Notes: a model not told the origin generated them from the letters alone. DNA of 64,000 nt from Escherichia coli (GCF_965641715.1 NZ_OZ282453.1); one strand, 5' to 3'. Positions 20,051 through 30,569 are shown, numbered from the stretch's first letter. Translations and numbers: made by a program.

Positions 20051-22483
20051 ATGGCGGAACTGAACCTAAGTAACCTGACGGAAGCAGACATCATTACCAA
20101 ATGCGTTATGCCAGCCATTCTCAATGCAGGCTGGGACAACACAACGCAAATCAGACAGGAGGTCAAACTCCGGGACGGTAAAGTCATCGTACGTGGTAAA
20201 GTTGCGGCACGCAGAACGGTAAAATCTGCTGACATCGTGCTGTACCACAAGCCAGGCATTCCCTTAGCCGTGATTGAAGCAAAAGCCAACAAACATGAAA
20301 TTGGCAAAGGGATGCAACAGGGCATTGAATATGCGCGCCTGCTGGACGTTCCTTTTGTTTTTGCCACCAATGGTGATGGCTTTATCTTCCGCGATGCCAC
20401 CGCAGCTGAAGGTGAATGCCTTGAAAAGCAAATAACGCTGGATGACTTCCCCTCCCCCGCTGAACTCTGGCAAAAATTCTGCCTCTGGAAAGGATACACA
20501 CAAGCTCAGCTTCCGGTGATTACTCAGGACTATTACGACGATGGTAGCGGTAAATCGCCTCGTTATTATCAACTTCAGGCAATCAACAAAACCATTGAAG
20601 CCGTCTCCAACGGGCAAAACCGCGTTCTGCTGGTCATGGCGACCGGAACAGGGAAAACCTATACCGCATTCCAGATCATCTGGCGCCTGTGGAAATCAAA
20701 AAATAAAAAACGCATTCTGTTCCTTGCCGATCGCAACATTCTGGTCGACCAAACCAAAAATAATGATTTCCAGCCATTTGGTACGGCAATGACCAAAGTC
20801 AGCGGACGCACCATTGATCCCGCTTATGAAATTCACCTCGCGCTCTATCAGGCTATAACTGGCCCGGAGGAAGACCAAAAAGCGTTTAAACAAGTCGCAC
20901 CAGATTTCTTCGATCTGATCGTGATCGACGAATGCCATCGCGGCAGCGCATCCGAAGACAGCGCCTGGCGAGAGATCCTTGATTATTTCAGTTCCGCCAC
21001 CCAAATTGGCTTAACCGCCACGCCAAAAGAGACGCATGAAGTCTCCAGCACGGATTACTTCGGCGATCCGGTTTACGTCTACTCGCTAAAAGAAGGGATC
21101 GAAGACGGCTTCCTCGCCCCTTATAAAGTTGTCCGTGTTGATATTGATGTTGATCTGCAAGGCTGGCGCCCAACCAAAGGGCAAACTGACTTAAACGGCG
21201 AAGTGATCGACGATCGTATCTATAACCAGAAAGATTTCGATCGCACGATGGTAATCGACGAACGCACAGAACTGGTTGCCAGAACCATTACCGACTACCT
21301 CAAGCGCACCAATCCGATGGATAAAACCATCGTCTTCTGTAACGACATCGATCATGCAGAACGTATGCGCCGCGCCCTGGTTAATCTCAACCCGGAGCAG
21401 GTGAAAAAGAACGACAAATACGTCATGAAAATCACCGGCGATGATGAAATTGGCAAAGCTCAGTTGGATAACTTCATCAACCCGAAAAAACCGTACCCGG
21501 TTATCGCGACCACTTCAGAGCTGATGACCACCGGTGTGGATGCTAAAACCTGCAAACTGGTAGTACTGGACCAGAACATCCAGTCGATGACCAAATTCAA
21601 GCAGATTATCGGTCGTGGTACACGCATCGACGAACGTTACGGCAAACTCTGGTTTACCATCCTCGACTTTAAAAAAGCCACCGAACTGTTTGCCGATGAG
21701 CGTTTCGATGGCATTCCCGAAAAAGTCATGGATACCACACCAGAGGATATCGCCGATCCAGACTCTGATTTTGAAGAGAAACTCGAAGAAATCAGCGAAC
21801 ATGTCGACGAACAGGTAACAGGCGTTGATGAACCGCCTGCGCCACCATACCAGGTTAAAGATACCGATGATGTCGGCCCACTTCCGGAAGAAGACGAGAA
21901 GAAAATCCGCAAGTTTCACGTCAACGGTGTAGCGGTGGGCGTTATTGCCCAGCGTGTTCAGTATTACGACGCCGACGGTAAACTGGTTACCGAATCCTTT
22001 AAAGATTACACTCGCAAAACACTGCTCAAAGAATATGCCTCGCTGGATGACTTTACCCGCAAGTGGCAGGACGCCGATCGCAAAGAAGCGATCATTCACG
22101 AGCTGGAGCAACAGGGGATCATCTGGGAAGTACTGGCAGAAGAAGTCGGTAAAGATCTCGACCCATTCGACATGCTTTGCCACGTAGTGTATGGTCAGCC
22201 GCCGTTAACCCGCAAAGAGCGCGCCGAGAACGTGCGCAAGCGGAACTACTTCACAAAATACTCTGAAGCAGCGCAAGCCGTGCTCGATAATCTGCTGGAT
22301 AAATACGCCGATGCGGGCGTACAGGAGATCGAAAGTATTCAGGTGCTGAAACTTAAGCCATTCGACAGCATGGGCACCTTACCGGAGATTATTAAAACCG
22401 GATTTGGCGACCGTAACGGGTATAATCAGGCGCTCAGCGAGCTGGAAAACGAAATCTACCAATTACCGCCCCGCTCTGCTTAA
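20051..22483 (+). CDS. hsdR: Type I restriction enzyme R subunit
   Basis: 810 aa; N-terminal PD-(D/E)xK-like motif (D...IEAK), SF2 helicase motif I (MATGTGKT) and motif II (DECHR). Confidence 0.9.
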   Translation: MAELNLSNLTEADIITKCVMPAILNAGWDNTTQIRQEVKLRDGKVIVRGKVAARRTVKSADIVLYHKPGIPLAVIEAKANKHEIGKGMQQGIEYARLLDVPFVFATNGDGFIFRDATAAEGECLEKQITLDDFPSPAELWQKFCLWKGYTQAQLPVITQDYYDDGSGKSPRYYQLQAINKTIEAVSNGQNRVLLVMATGTGKTYTAFQIIWRLWKSKNKKRILFLADRNILVDQTKNNDFQPFGTAMTKVSGRTIDPAYEIHLALYQAITGPEEDQKAFKQVAPDFFDLIVIDECHRGSASEDSAWREILDYFSSATQIGLTATPKETHEVSSTDYFGDPVYVYSLKEGIEDGFLAPYKVVRVDIDVDLQGWRPTKGQTDLNGEVIDDRIYNQKDFDRTMVIDERTELVARTITDYLKRTNPMDKTIVFCNDIDHAERMRRALVNLNPEQVKKNDKYVMKITGDDEIGKAQLDNFINPKKPYPVIATTSELMTTGVDAKTCKLVVLDQNIQSMTKFKQIIGRGTRIDERYGKLWFTILDFKKATELFADERFDGIPEKVMDTTPEDIADPDSDFEEKLEEISEHVDEQVTGVDEPPAPPYQVKDTDDVGPLPEEDEKKIRKFHVNGVAVGVIAQRVQYYDADGKLVTESFKDYTRKTLLKEYASLDDFTRKWQDADRKEAIIHELEQQGIIWEVLAEEVGKDLDPFDMLCHVVYGQPPLTRKERAENVRKRNYFTKYSEAAQAVLDNLLDKYADAGVQEIESIQVLKLKPFDSMGTLPEIIKTGFGDRNGYNQALSELENEIYQLPPRSA

Positions 22484-22549
22484 CAACTCTCTTTTGTGCC
22501 TTCTGCAACCATCATGTTGCAGAAGGCCTTGTTTTTCATGGAATACAAC

Positions 22550-24019
22550 ATGTCTATCAGCTCAGTAATCAAATCATTACAAGATATTATGCGCAAAGAT
22601 GCCGGTGTGGACGGCGATGCGCAGCGTCTCGGTCAGCTCTCCTGGCTGCTATTTTTGAAAATCTTCGATGCCCAGGAAGAGGCGCTGGAACTGGAGCAGG
22701 ATAACTATCAATATCCGATCCCACAGCGTTATTTGTGGCGCAGTTGGGCCGCCAACGCGCAGGGCATTACCGGTGATTCCCTGCTGGAATTCGTTAATGA
22801 TGATCTGTTCCCGGCGTTGAAAAACCTCACTGCGCCTATCGATAAAAACCCACGCGGCTACGTGGTAAAGCAGGCGTTCAGCGATGCCTATAACTATATG
22901 AAAAACGGTACGCTACTGCGTCAGGTGATCAACAAGCTGAACGAAATTGACTTTACCAGCGCCAGCGAACGCCATCTGTTTGGTGATATTTACGAACAGA
23001 TCCTTAAAGATCTGCAATCTGCGGGCAATGCTGGCGAATTCTATACTCCACGCGCCGTCACTCGCTTTATGGTGGATCGCGTCGATCCGAAACTCGGCGA
23101 ATCCATTATGGACCCGGCCTGCGGTACGGGCGGTTTTCTTGCCTGCGCATTTGATCATGTAAAGAACAAATACGTGAAGAGCGTCGCCGATCATCAGACG
23201 CTGCAACAACAGATCCACGGTGTTGAGAAAAAACAGCTTCCGCACCTGCTGGCGACCACCAATATGCTGCTGCACGGCATTGAAGTACCGGTACAAATTC
23301 GTCACGACAACACCCTGAACAAACCGCTTTCCTCCTGGGATGAACAACTGGATGTCATTGTTACCAACCCGCCGTTTGGTGGCACGGAAGAAGATGGTAT
23401 TGAGAAGAACTTTCCAGCAGAGATGCAAACCCGCGAAACGGCGGATTTGTTCCTGCAACTGATTGTGGAAGTACTGGCGAAAAACGGTCGCGCGGCGGTG
23501 GTATTGCCGGATGGCACACTATTTGGCGAAGGCGTTAAAACCAAAATCAAAAAGCTACTTACCGAAGAGTGCAACCTGCATACCATCGTGCGCTTACCGA
23601 ATGGTGTGTTTAACCCCTATACCGGCATTAAAACCAACCTGTTGTTCTTTACCAAAGGTCAGCCAACCAAAGAGATTTGGTTCTATGAGCATCCGTATCC
23701 GGCGGGCGTGAAAAACTACAGCAAAACCAAGCCGATGAAGTTTGAAGAGTTTCAGGCGGAGATCGACTGGTGGGGTAACGAGGCCGATGGTTTTGCCAGC
23801 CGCGTCGAGAATGAGCAAGCGTGGAAAGTCAGCATTGATGACGTGATTGCGCGTAACTTCAATCTGGATATTAAAAACCCACATCAGGCGGAAACCGTCA
23901 GCCATGATCCGGACGAACTGTTAGCGCAGTATGCAAAGCAACAGGCGGAGATCCAGACGCTGCGTAATCAACTGCGCGATATTCTCGGCGCTGCGCTGTC
24001 TGGCAAGGAGGTTAACTGA
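22550..24019 (+). CDS. hsdM: Type I restriction-modification N6-adenine methyltransferase M subunit
   Basis: ORF 22496..24019; AdoMet motif DPACGTGGFL and catalytic NPPFGG; start is uncertain (Met at 22538 or 22550). Confidence 0.9.
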   Translation: MSISSVIKSLQDIMRKDAGVDGDAQRLGQLSWLLFLKIFDAQEEALELEQDNYQYPIPQRYLWRSWAANAQGITGDSLLEFVNDDLFPALKNLTAPIDKNPRGYVVKQAFSDAYNYMKNGTLLRQVINKLNEIDFTSASERHLFGDIYEQILKDLQSAGNAGEFYTPRAVTRFMVDRVDPKLGESIMDPACGTGGFLACAFDHVKNKYVKSVADHQTLQQQIHGVEKKQLPHLLATTNMLLHGIEVPVQIRHDNTLNKPLSSWDEQLDVIVTNPPFGGTEEDGIEKNFPAEMQTRETADLFLQLIVEVLAKNGRAAVVLPDGTLFGEGVKTKIKKLLTEECNLHTIVRLPNGVFNPYTGIKTNLLFFTKGQPTKEIWFYEHPYPAGVKNYSKTKPMKFEEFQAEIDWWGNEADGFASRVENEQAWKVSIDDVIARNFNLDIKNPHQAETVSHDPDELLAQYAKQQAEIQTLRNQLRDILGAALSGKEVN

Positions 24020-25776
24020 TGAGTGTGGAAAAGCTGATCGTTGATCATATGGAAACCTGGACCTCGGCGTTGCAAACCCGTTCCACCGCCGGGCGCGGCA
24101 GCTCCGGTAAGATTGATTTGTATGGTATTAAGAAATTGCGTGAGCTGATTCTGGAACTGGCGGTGCGCGGTAAACTGGTGCCGCAGGATCCGCATGATGA
24201 ACCGGCGTCGGAGCTGCTGAAGCGTAATGAAGAACGGAAAAAAGAATTAGCGCGCAATAATGGTATGAAAACCACAGCAAGCACTAATATCCATGGAAAT
24301 GAATATTATATCGATACCCCCGAAAAGTGGTCATGGATAAGACTTGGTAATTTAGCTAAATTCATCGATTACCGAGGAAAAACACCACATAAAAAAGAAA
24401 ATGGTATAAGGCTTATAACAGCAAAAAATATCAGAAAGGGCTATATTGATCTCAATCCAGAAGAGTTCATATCTGAAGAAGATTACATATCATGGATGAC
24501 AAGAGGCTTTCCTAAATGTGGTGATATTTTATTCACAACTGAAGCACCACTGGGGAATGCAGCGATTATTGATTTAGACGGAAAGTTCGCTCTTGCTCAA
24601 CGTTCTATCTGTTTTCAATGGCATACTCCAGAGATAAGCCCTTTTATGCTTATTCAAATCCTGGCGATCCCCTTCCAGTCACAACTAAGTGACAAATCTA
24701 CAGGCATGACCGCAACAGGAATAAAAGCGTCTAAGTTAAAAGAGATCCCTGTTATTTTACCACCTTACCAAGAACAAATACGTATTGTATCCAAAGTACA
24801 GGAGTTCATGTCCCTATGTGACCAACTGGAACAGCAATCCCTGACCAGTCTGGACGCACATCAGCAACTGGTTGAAACCCTGTTGGAAACACTTACAGAC
24901 AGCCAAAACGCCGAGGAACTGGCTGAAAACTGGGCGCGTATTAGCGAGCATTTCGACACCCTATTTACCACTGAAGCCAGCGTGGATGCGTTAAAACAGA
25001 CCATTCTGCAACTGGCCGTAATGGGTAAACTTGTGCCGCAGGATCCGAATGACGAACCAGCCTCTGAACTGCTCAAACGAATTGCGCAGGAAAAAGCTCA
25101 ACTGGTGAAAGAAGGGAAAATAAAAAAACAAAAACCGTTGCCGCCAATTAGCGATGAGGAAAAGCCGTTTGAACTGCCGGAAGGTTGGGAGTGGTGTCGA
25201 TTGGGTTCTATTTATAATTTTTTAAATGGATATGCCTTTAAAAGTGAGTGGTTTACCTCTGTCGGTTTACGTTTATTGCGGAATGCTAACATTGCTCATG
25301 GAGTTACCAATTGGAAAGATGTTGTACATATACCAAATGACATGATATCCGATTTTGAAAATTATATTTTGTCAGAAAATGATATTGTTATTTCATTAGA
25401 CAGACCAATTATTAATACCGGGTTAAAATATGCTATCATTAGCAAATCAGATTTACCCTGTTTACTGCTCCAACGAGTAGCAAAATTTAAAAATTATGCA
25501 AACACTGTGTCTAACTCCTTCTTGACAATATGGTTGCAATCTTATTTCTTCATAAATTCAATTGATCCTGGAAGAAGTAATGGAGTTCCACATATATCTA
25601 CGAAACAGTTAGAGATGACACTATTTCCTCTTCTACCGCAAAGTGAACAAGATCGTATTATTTCAAAAACGGATGAATTAATACAAACCTGTAATAAACT
25701 GAAATATATTATCAAAACCGCCAAACAAACCCAACTGCACCTTGCAGACGCACTGACTGACGCAGCGATAAACTAA
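24019..25776 (+). CDS. hsdS: Type I restriction-modification specificity subunit with two target-recognition domains
   Basis: 585 aa; start overlaps hsdM stop; two AT-rich variable regions flanked by a duplicated conserved segment (LAV(R/M)GKLVPQDP(H/N)DEPASELLKR) near 24130-24230 and 25000-25085. Confidence 0.9.
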   Translation: MSVEKLIVDHMETWTSALQTRSTAGRGSSGKIDLYGIKKLRELILELAVRGKLVPQDPHDEPASELLKRNEERKKELARNNGMKTTASTNIHGNEYYIDTPEKWSWIRLGNLAKFIDYRGKTPHKKENGIRLITAKNIRKGYIDLNPEEFISEEDYISWMTRGFPKCGDILFTTEAPLGNAAIIDLDGKFALAQRSICFQWHTPEISPFMLIQILAIPFQSQLSDKSTGMTATGIKASKLKEIPVILPPYQEQIRIVSKVQEFMSLCDQLEQQSLTSLDAHQQLVETLLETLTDSQNAEELAENWARISEHFDTLFTTEASVDALKQTILQLAVMGKLVPQDPNDEPASELLKRIAQEKAQLVKEGKIKKQKPLPPISDEEKPFELPEGWEWCRLGSIYNFLNGYAFKSEWFTSVGLRLLRNANIAHGVTNWKDVVHIPNDMISDFENYILSENDIVISLDRPIINTGLKYAIISKSDLPCLLLQRVAKFKNYANTVSNSFLTIWLQSYFFINSIDPGRSNGVPHISTKQLEMTLFPLLPQSEQDRIISKTDELIQTCNKLKYIIKTAKQTQLHLADALTDAAIN

Positions 25777-25800
25777 TTCCCTCGCCCTCAAAAAACCAAT

Positions 25801-25822
25801 AAAGCGGCTAAATAGCCGCTTT
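25801..25822. terminator. Hairpin after hsdS
   Basis: AAAGCGGCTA / TAGCCGCTTT inverted repeat preceded by an A-run and followed by TTATT. Confidence 0.55.
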
Positions 25823-25903
25823 ATTCACATCACCAAAAATTATATTTCACGCTAAACTTCATCTTATTTTCATTAATTTTTAGCTGGACTTCCCCTGTAT
25901 TTA

Positions 25904-25919
25904 CTGATGATATATCCAG
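25904..25919. promoter_or_regulatory. LexA (SOS) box in the symE promoter
   Basis: CTG-atgatatatc-CAG matches CTG-N10-CAG about 80 bp upstream of symE. Confidence 0.7.
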
Positions 25920-25925
25920 GTATTT

Positions 25926-26002
25926 AGCGCGGTGCGGATGTGCGCCAACACACCCGCACCGCTAATCACAATCCCTATTTCTAAGGAATAGTAATCATGA
26001 CT
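25926..26002 (-). ncRNA. symR: Antisense sRNA SymR, placed by homology expectation only
   Basis: SymR is known to be encoded antisense to the symE 5' end; an imperfect 14-bp hairpin (GCGGTGCGGATGTG ... CACACCCGCACCGC) lies at 25929-25962; exact ends not determinable from sequence. Confidence 0.35.
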
Positions 26003-26338
26003 GACACGCATTCTATTGCACAACCGTTCGAAGCAGAAGTCTCCCCGGCAAATAACCGTCAATTAACCGTGAGTTATGCGAGCCGCTACCCGGATTACAG
26101 CCGTATTCCCGCCATCACCCTGAAAGGTCAGTGGCTGGAAGCCGCCGGTTTTGCCACTGGCACGGCGGTAGATGTCAAAGTGATGGAAGGCTGTATTGTC
26201 CTCACCGCCCAACCCGCCGCCGCCGAAGAGAGCGAACTGATGCAGTCACTACGCCAGGTGTGCAAACTGTCGGCGCGTAAACAAAAGCAGGTGCGGGAAT
26301 TTATTGGGGTGATTGCGGGTAAACAGAAAGTCGCCTGA
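25997..26338 (+). CDS. symE: SOS-induced toxin SymE (type I TA toxin, AbrB-fold)
   Basis: 113-aa [37 protein letters not shown]... recognised as SymE; downstream of hsdS as in K-12. Confidence 0.9.
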   Translation: MTDTHSIAQPFEAEVSPANNRQLTVSYASRYPDYSRIPAITLKGQWLEAAGFATGTAVDVKVMEGCIVLTAQPAAAEESELMQSLRQVCKLSARKQKQVREFIGVIAGKQKVA

Positions 26339-26345
26339 TACATTG

Positions 26346-26371
26346 ACCCGGTAGCGCCAGTGCTACCGGGT
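26346..26371. terminator. Hairpin between convergent symE and the GmrSD-like gene
   Basis: ACCCGGTAGC-gccagt-GCTACCGGGT followed by ATTATT. Confidence 0.65.
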
Positions 26372-26384
26372 ATTATTCGCCGCG

Positions 26385-28478
26385 TTATACCAAGGCGCTC
26401 TCCATCTGTTTTTCAAATGCCTGACGAATTAATCCCATAATGTAAGGAAGTTGTGCGAGGTCACTGAAACCAATTTCCACATCACCATTACCCCAGCGCC
26501 CAACATTTGTCACATCTTTGGCAATACCTTTCGGATCGACCAGTTCATGAAACTGCATATTAAGCGACAATCGCAGTCGGCTTTTTTGCGGCACAACATC
26601 AACAAAATTCGTTTCCGCTTTAAACGCAATATATAGCTTCAATACTTCCTGCGTGATCCCTGCGTCCAGGCGCATAACTTCATCGCGAAGATGATCGAAT
26701 AACACCCGGCTATGCGAACCATCAGCAAGAAAAGGATAATCACTCAGGCTGTAACTGGTTTTGTTTTCAGGCTGTCCCCGATAAACAGCTAAAACCTCTT
26801 CAGGAAGAGAAGGCGCTTGCCAGACCTGAACCGCGAGATCGGCCAGACGATCGGCTCGGGCGTGAATGGCGGCTTCATCCCATTTTTCGCACTGTCCAAG
26901 ACCGATATTCAAATAGAGCGGGCTATGCTTAAAGCCGTCTTCAATATCGCGTTTTTCTGCGAAAGGTCTGTCACTGTAACGGGAGTTATAGCGCGTTAAA
27001 GTGAGATTCCCCAACGTATGCAACAGTTCTTTATGAATACGCTGCCAGTCGCTTCCCAGCTCTTCGCGCCATTTAGCCGACAAATTTTCGTTCTGCGGCA
27101 TAATATGTTCAATCGTAAACTCTTCCACGCGCTCTCTGCGTTTATCGTTTTCCAGTCGTCGTAACCAGTAGCTGCGACTACGGAAGTTATAGAGATCGCG
27201 AACTTTTAATTCCCGTTTAAATTCATCATCGTTGGGGAAACGACGATATGAAGGTAGATTCAAAAAATGTACCTGAATACTTTCCAGATAATTTTCTTTA
27301 TTAATAACTTTATAAAAAGTGGCAAATGTCTTGTTCAAAGAATTTGTCGGAATTGCACATACTGCACGGCGGAAAACATAAGATTCAATTAAACGAATTA
27401 TGCTCAGGAAATCTTCGTGAGACAAAACGCCATTTTTATAGTCATGATAAAGCGCCAGTAAGAAAGGATACACCACATCGACCTTTAACTCGCGCAAATC
27501 CTGAAAAGCCGTAGCAAGCAATTTGTCACTTTCTTTTCCCAATGCCATTGCACAGTAATACTCCGCGTAGATATGAATATCTTCAACCAGCCGATCTACG
27601 CCTTTTTCAGCAACACTCTGGCTGCGGGCATGGAGTTTAAATGCCTCATAGACTTCATCTGTCCGAGGGATCTCCCCCGTTTTTACCGTCAGATAATGAC
27701 GCATAAAACTGTCAAAATATTCGCTGTAACCTTGCTGACCAAAGGCGACTTCCATTGGACGCCAGTGATCTTCATACAACCGGGTTTGATGCTCTGGTTC
27801 GAGGCCCATCAGAATAAAATTGCGCACCAGATCGGCCTGACTTAACGCCTTACCGGTGGAGTTCATACTTTCAAAAATCAGTTGCGGATTATCCTGACCA
27901 CGATTAAGCGCCACATCGACAATTAATAACTTTGCTAACCCACGACATAAGGGGATCAAGTCATCACCGAGTTTGGCAATTTGTTCATCAAAGAAAGTAA
28001 AGTTTTCCATTATTCGATGGGAATAGTTTTCTGGCATTGGTCTTTGTTTTATTAACGCCAGTAAACTGTCTTTATCAGTCTCGGTCAGCAGTAATTTAAA
28101 ACCTTTCTCGCCGGACTCATAAGGATTGAGCAAATAATAATTACGCAATTTCATTGCCGAAAAGCCATCAAAAACTTCGTCTTCGCCAAGATGGCGCGAT
28201 AAAGCCTCAATCAGCAACATTGCGGTCGTCAGCCGCTGCTGACCATCAATGACCAGCAACGGAGAAATACCAGAAACCTGATACAATCCCTGCTCTATAT
28301 AAACAACCGAACCGATAAAATGCGCTGATATATCGTCACGCTTTCCTGCACGAATGATGTCGTCCCAAAGTTGCCGACATTGTTGCCCGGTCCATGAATA
28401 AGTCCGTTGATAAATGGGAATAACAAACTGCTGCGAACGTTTTAAAAAATCGAGTAGGCGAGCTTCTGTAGCTTTCAT
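26385..28478 (-). CDS. Single-chain DUF262/DUF1524 protein, GmrSD-family type IV restriction endonuclease candidate
   Basis: 697 aa; N-terminal DGQQR motif (DUF262 / ParB-like NTPase); C-terminal His-Me finger-like EHIMPQ motif (DUF1524); sits where K-12 carries yjiT-yjiV-mcrCB. Confidence 0.8.
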   Translation of the reverse strand: MKATEARLLDFLKRSQQFVIPIYQRTYSWTGQQCRQLWDDIIRAGKRDDISAHFIGSVVYIEQGLYQVSGISPLLVIDGQQRLTTAMLLIEALSRHLGEDEVFDGFSAMKLRNYYLLNPYESGEKGFKLLLTETDKDSLLALIKQRPMPENYSHRIMENFTFFDEQIAKLGDDLIPLCRGLAKLLIVDVALNRGQDNPQLIFESMNSTGKALSQADLVRNFILMGLEPEHQTRLYEDHWRPMEVAFGQQGYSEYFDSFMRHYLTVKTGEIPRTDEVYEAFKLHARSQSVAEKGVDRLVEDIHIYAEYYCAMALGKESDKLLATAFQDLRELKVDVVYPFLLALYHDYKNGVLSHEDFLSIIRLIESYVFRRAVCAIPTNSLNKTFATFYKVINKENYLESIQVHFLNLPSYRRFPNDDEFKRELKVRDLYNFRSRSYWLRRLENDKRRERVEEFTIEHIMPQNENLSAKWREELGSDWQRIHKELLHTLGNLTLTRYNSRYSDRPFAEKRDIEDGFKHSPLYLNIGLGQCEKWDEAAIHARADRLADLAVQVWQAPSLPEEVLAVYRGQPENKTSYSLSDYPFLADGSHSRVLFDHLRDEVMRLDAGITQEVLKLYIAFKAETNFVDVVPQKSRLRLSLNMQFHELVDPKGIAKDVTNVGRWGNGDVEIGFSDLAQLPYIMGLIRQAFEKQMESALV

Positions 28479-28574
28479 TCTGACGTCTTTCCGTGAAACG
28501 ATGATTTCGCAATAATAACCACTTCCTTGTGGAGGTTATAGAGAAATCCTGTTTATCCGCGACGAACATACCCC

Positions 28575-28739
28575 TCACTCCACATCCTCCCTGCGTAACC
28601 CAATATCCCTCAACCGCTCATCACTCATCTGCTGTAACACTCGTCGGGTCTGCATTTGCCACCGCCAACGCCTCATCGCCTGCCAGAGTTGCACAAGTCT
28701 GATAAACGGCGTTTTGGCTTTGTTTTCGTGAAATTCCAT
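28575..28739 (-). CDS. yjiS: DUF1127 small protein
   Basis: 54-aa ORF MEFHENKAKTPFIRLVQLWQAMRRWRWQMQTRRVLQQMSDERLRDIGLRREDVE translated by hand from the minus strand; below the ORF-track length cutoff; divergent from yjiR; coordinates +/-2. Confidence 0.7.
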   Translation of the reverse strand: MEFHENKAKTPFIRLVQLWQAMRRWRWQMQTRRVLQQMSDERLRDIGLRREDVE

Positions 28740-28915
28740 CTGCTGCCTCCTCATCTTTCAGAGGCTTCATCATCCGCCTTCTGGCAGTTCACAATACAGA
28801 TGCAAATATTAGTTTTATTTAACATACAGACAGGTTAAAACAGCATCTGCATCCGGTTTTTTAGCTTCATCTGTACCGGTTTTTCTCTCTGTATGGTCTA
28901 AATAAGGAATACAGC

Positions 28916-30328
28916 ATGACGCGTTATCAACATCTGGCAACTCTGCTTGCCGAGCGGATTGAGCAAGGGCTGTATCGTCACGGGGAGAAATTGCCGTCGG
29001 TGCGCAGCTTAAGTCAGGAGCACGGCGTCAGCATCAGCACCGTGCAGCAGGCGTATCAGACGCTGGAGACGATGAAGCTCATCACTCCGCAGCCGCGTTC
29101 GGGGTATTTTGTCGCACAACGTAAAGCCCAGCCGCCAGTGCCGCCGATGACGCGTCCGGTGCAGCGCCCGGTGGAAATTACCCAGTGGGATCAGGTACTG
29201 GATATGCTGGAGGCGCATAGCGACAGTTCCATTGTTCCGTTAAGCAAAAGCACGCCGGATGTCGAAACGCCCAGCCTGAAACCACTCTGGCGGGAGCTAA
29301 GCCGGGTGGTACAGCATAATCTGCAAACCGTTCTCGGTTATGACTTGCTAGCCGGTCAGCGGGTATTGCGCGAGCAGGTTGCCCGCCTGATGCTCGACAG
29401 CGGCTCGGTGGTCACCGCCGATGACATCATTATCACCAGCGGCTGCCATAACTCGATGTCGCTGGCGTTAATGGCGGTGTGTAAACCGGGCGATATTGTC
29501 GCGGTCGAATCCCCCTGTTATTACGGTTCGATGCAGATGCTGCGCGGCATGGGCGTGAAAGTGATTGAAATCCCAACCGATCCAGAAACTGGCATCAGCG
29601 TTGAAGCGCTGGAACTGGCGCTGGAACAGTGGCCGATTAAAGGCATCATTTTGGTGCCAAACTGTAATAATCCGCTGGGATTTATTATGCCGGACGCGCG
29701 CAAACGGGCCGTTCTCTCTCTCGCTCAGCGTCATGATATTGTGATTTTTGAAGATGATGTCTACGGCGAACTGGCAACGGAGTATCCGCGCCCGCGGACC
29801 ATTCATTCATGGGATATCGACGGGCGAGTGCTGTTGTGCAGCTCGTTCAGTAAAAGTATTGCTCCAGGCCTGCGCGTGGGTTGGGTCGCACCGGGGCGTT
29901 ATCACGATAAACTGCTGCATATGAAATACGCCATCAGCAGCTTTAATGTGCCGTCCACGCAAATGGCGGCAGCAACGTTTGTGCTGGAAGGTCACTATCA
30001 TCGCCATATCCGGCGGATGCGGCAGATCTATCAGCGCAATTTGGCGCTTTATACCTGCTGGATACGGGAATATTTTCCCTGCGAAATCTGTATTACGCGC
30101 CCGAAAGGCGGATTTTTACTGTGGATAGAATTGCCTGAACAGGTCGATATGGTCTGCGTCGCGCGGCAGCTGTGCCGCATGAAAATCCAGGTGGCGGCAG
30201 GCTCGATTTTCTCAGCTTCCGGCAAATACCGTAACTGCCTGCGCATCAACTGCGCTTTGCCGCTCAGCGAAACCTATCGCGAAGCACTGAAGCAAATTGG
30301 CGAGGCCGTGTATCAGGCAATGGAATGA
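28916..30328 (+). CDS. yjiR: MocR-type regulator (GntR HTH fused to PLP-dependent aminotransferase-like domain)
   Basis: 470-aa ORF with N-terminal GntR-type HTH and large class I aminotransferase-like domain. Confidence 0.85.
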   Translation: MTRYQHLATLLAERIEQGLYRHGEKLPSVRSLSQEHGVSISTVQQAYQTLETMKLITPQPRSGYFVAQRKAQPPVPPMTRPVQRPVEITQWDQVLDMLEAHSDSSIVPLSKSTPDVETPSLKPLWRELSRVVQHNLQTVLGYDLLAGQRVLREQVARLMLDSGSVVTADDIIITSGCHNSMSLALMAVCKPGDIVAVESPCYYGSMQMLRGMGVKVIEIPTDPETGISVEALELALEQWPIKGIILVPNCNNPLGFIMPDARKRAVLSLAQRHDIVIFEDDVYGELATEYPRPRTIHSWDIDGRVLLCSSFSKSIAPGLRVGWVAPGRYHDKLLHMKYAISSFNVPSTQMAAATFVLEGHYHRHIRRMRQIYQRNLALYTCWIREYFPCEICITRPKGGFLLWIELPEQVDMVCVARQLCRMKIQVAAGSIFSASGKYRNCLRINCALPLSETYREALKQIGEAVYQAME

Positions 30329-30446
30329 ATTCGAATCAGTGGCGAGGCCCCTGATTTCCTCTCACGAATCGCCTGTGACTCGTTTTATCTTTGCAGGGGC
30401 ATCACCACGTTCCAGCATGGCTTAGGCAAAGTGTGCTTTGTTCATA

Positions 30447-30545
30447 CCGGATGCGGCGTGAACGCCTTATCCGGCTTACAAATCGCGCAAATTCAATAGA
30501 TTGCAGAGGTAATGTAGGTCTGATAAGCGTAGCACATCAGGCAGC
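30447..30545. repeat. BIME: two REP units in opposite orientation
   Basis: CCGGATGCGGCGTGAACGCCTTATCCGGCTTAC and GTAGGTCTGATAAGCGTAGCACATCAGGCAG. Confidence 0.8.
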
Positions 30546-30569
30546 TTTGCGTTTGTCATCAGTCTCTGA

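Noticed and set aside
21515-22183. 222-aa minus-strand ORF
   Set aside because: Antisense to hsdR
28336-28578. 80-aa minus-strand ORF upstream of the GmrSD-like gene
   Set aside because: Overlaps the GmrSD-like N-terminus out of frame and the yjiS 3' end; no SD; likely spurious
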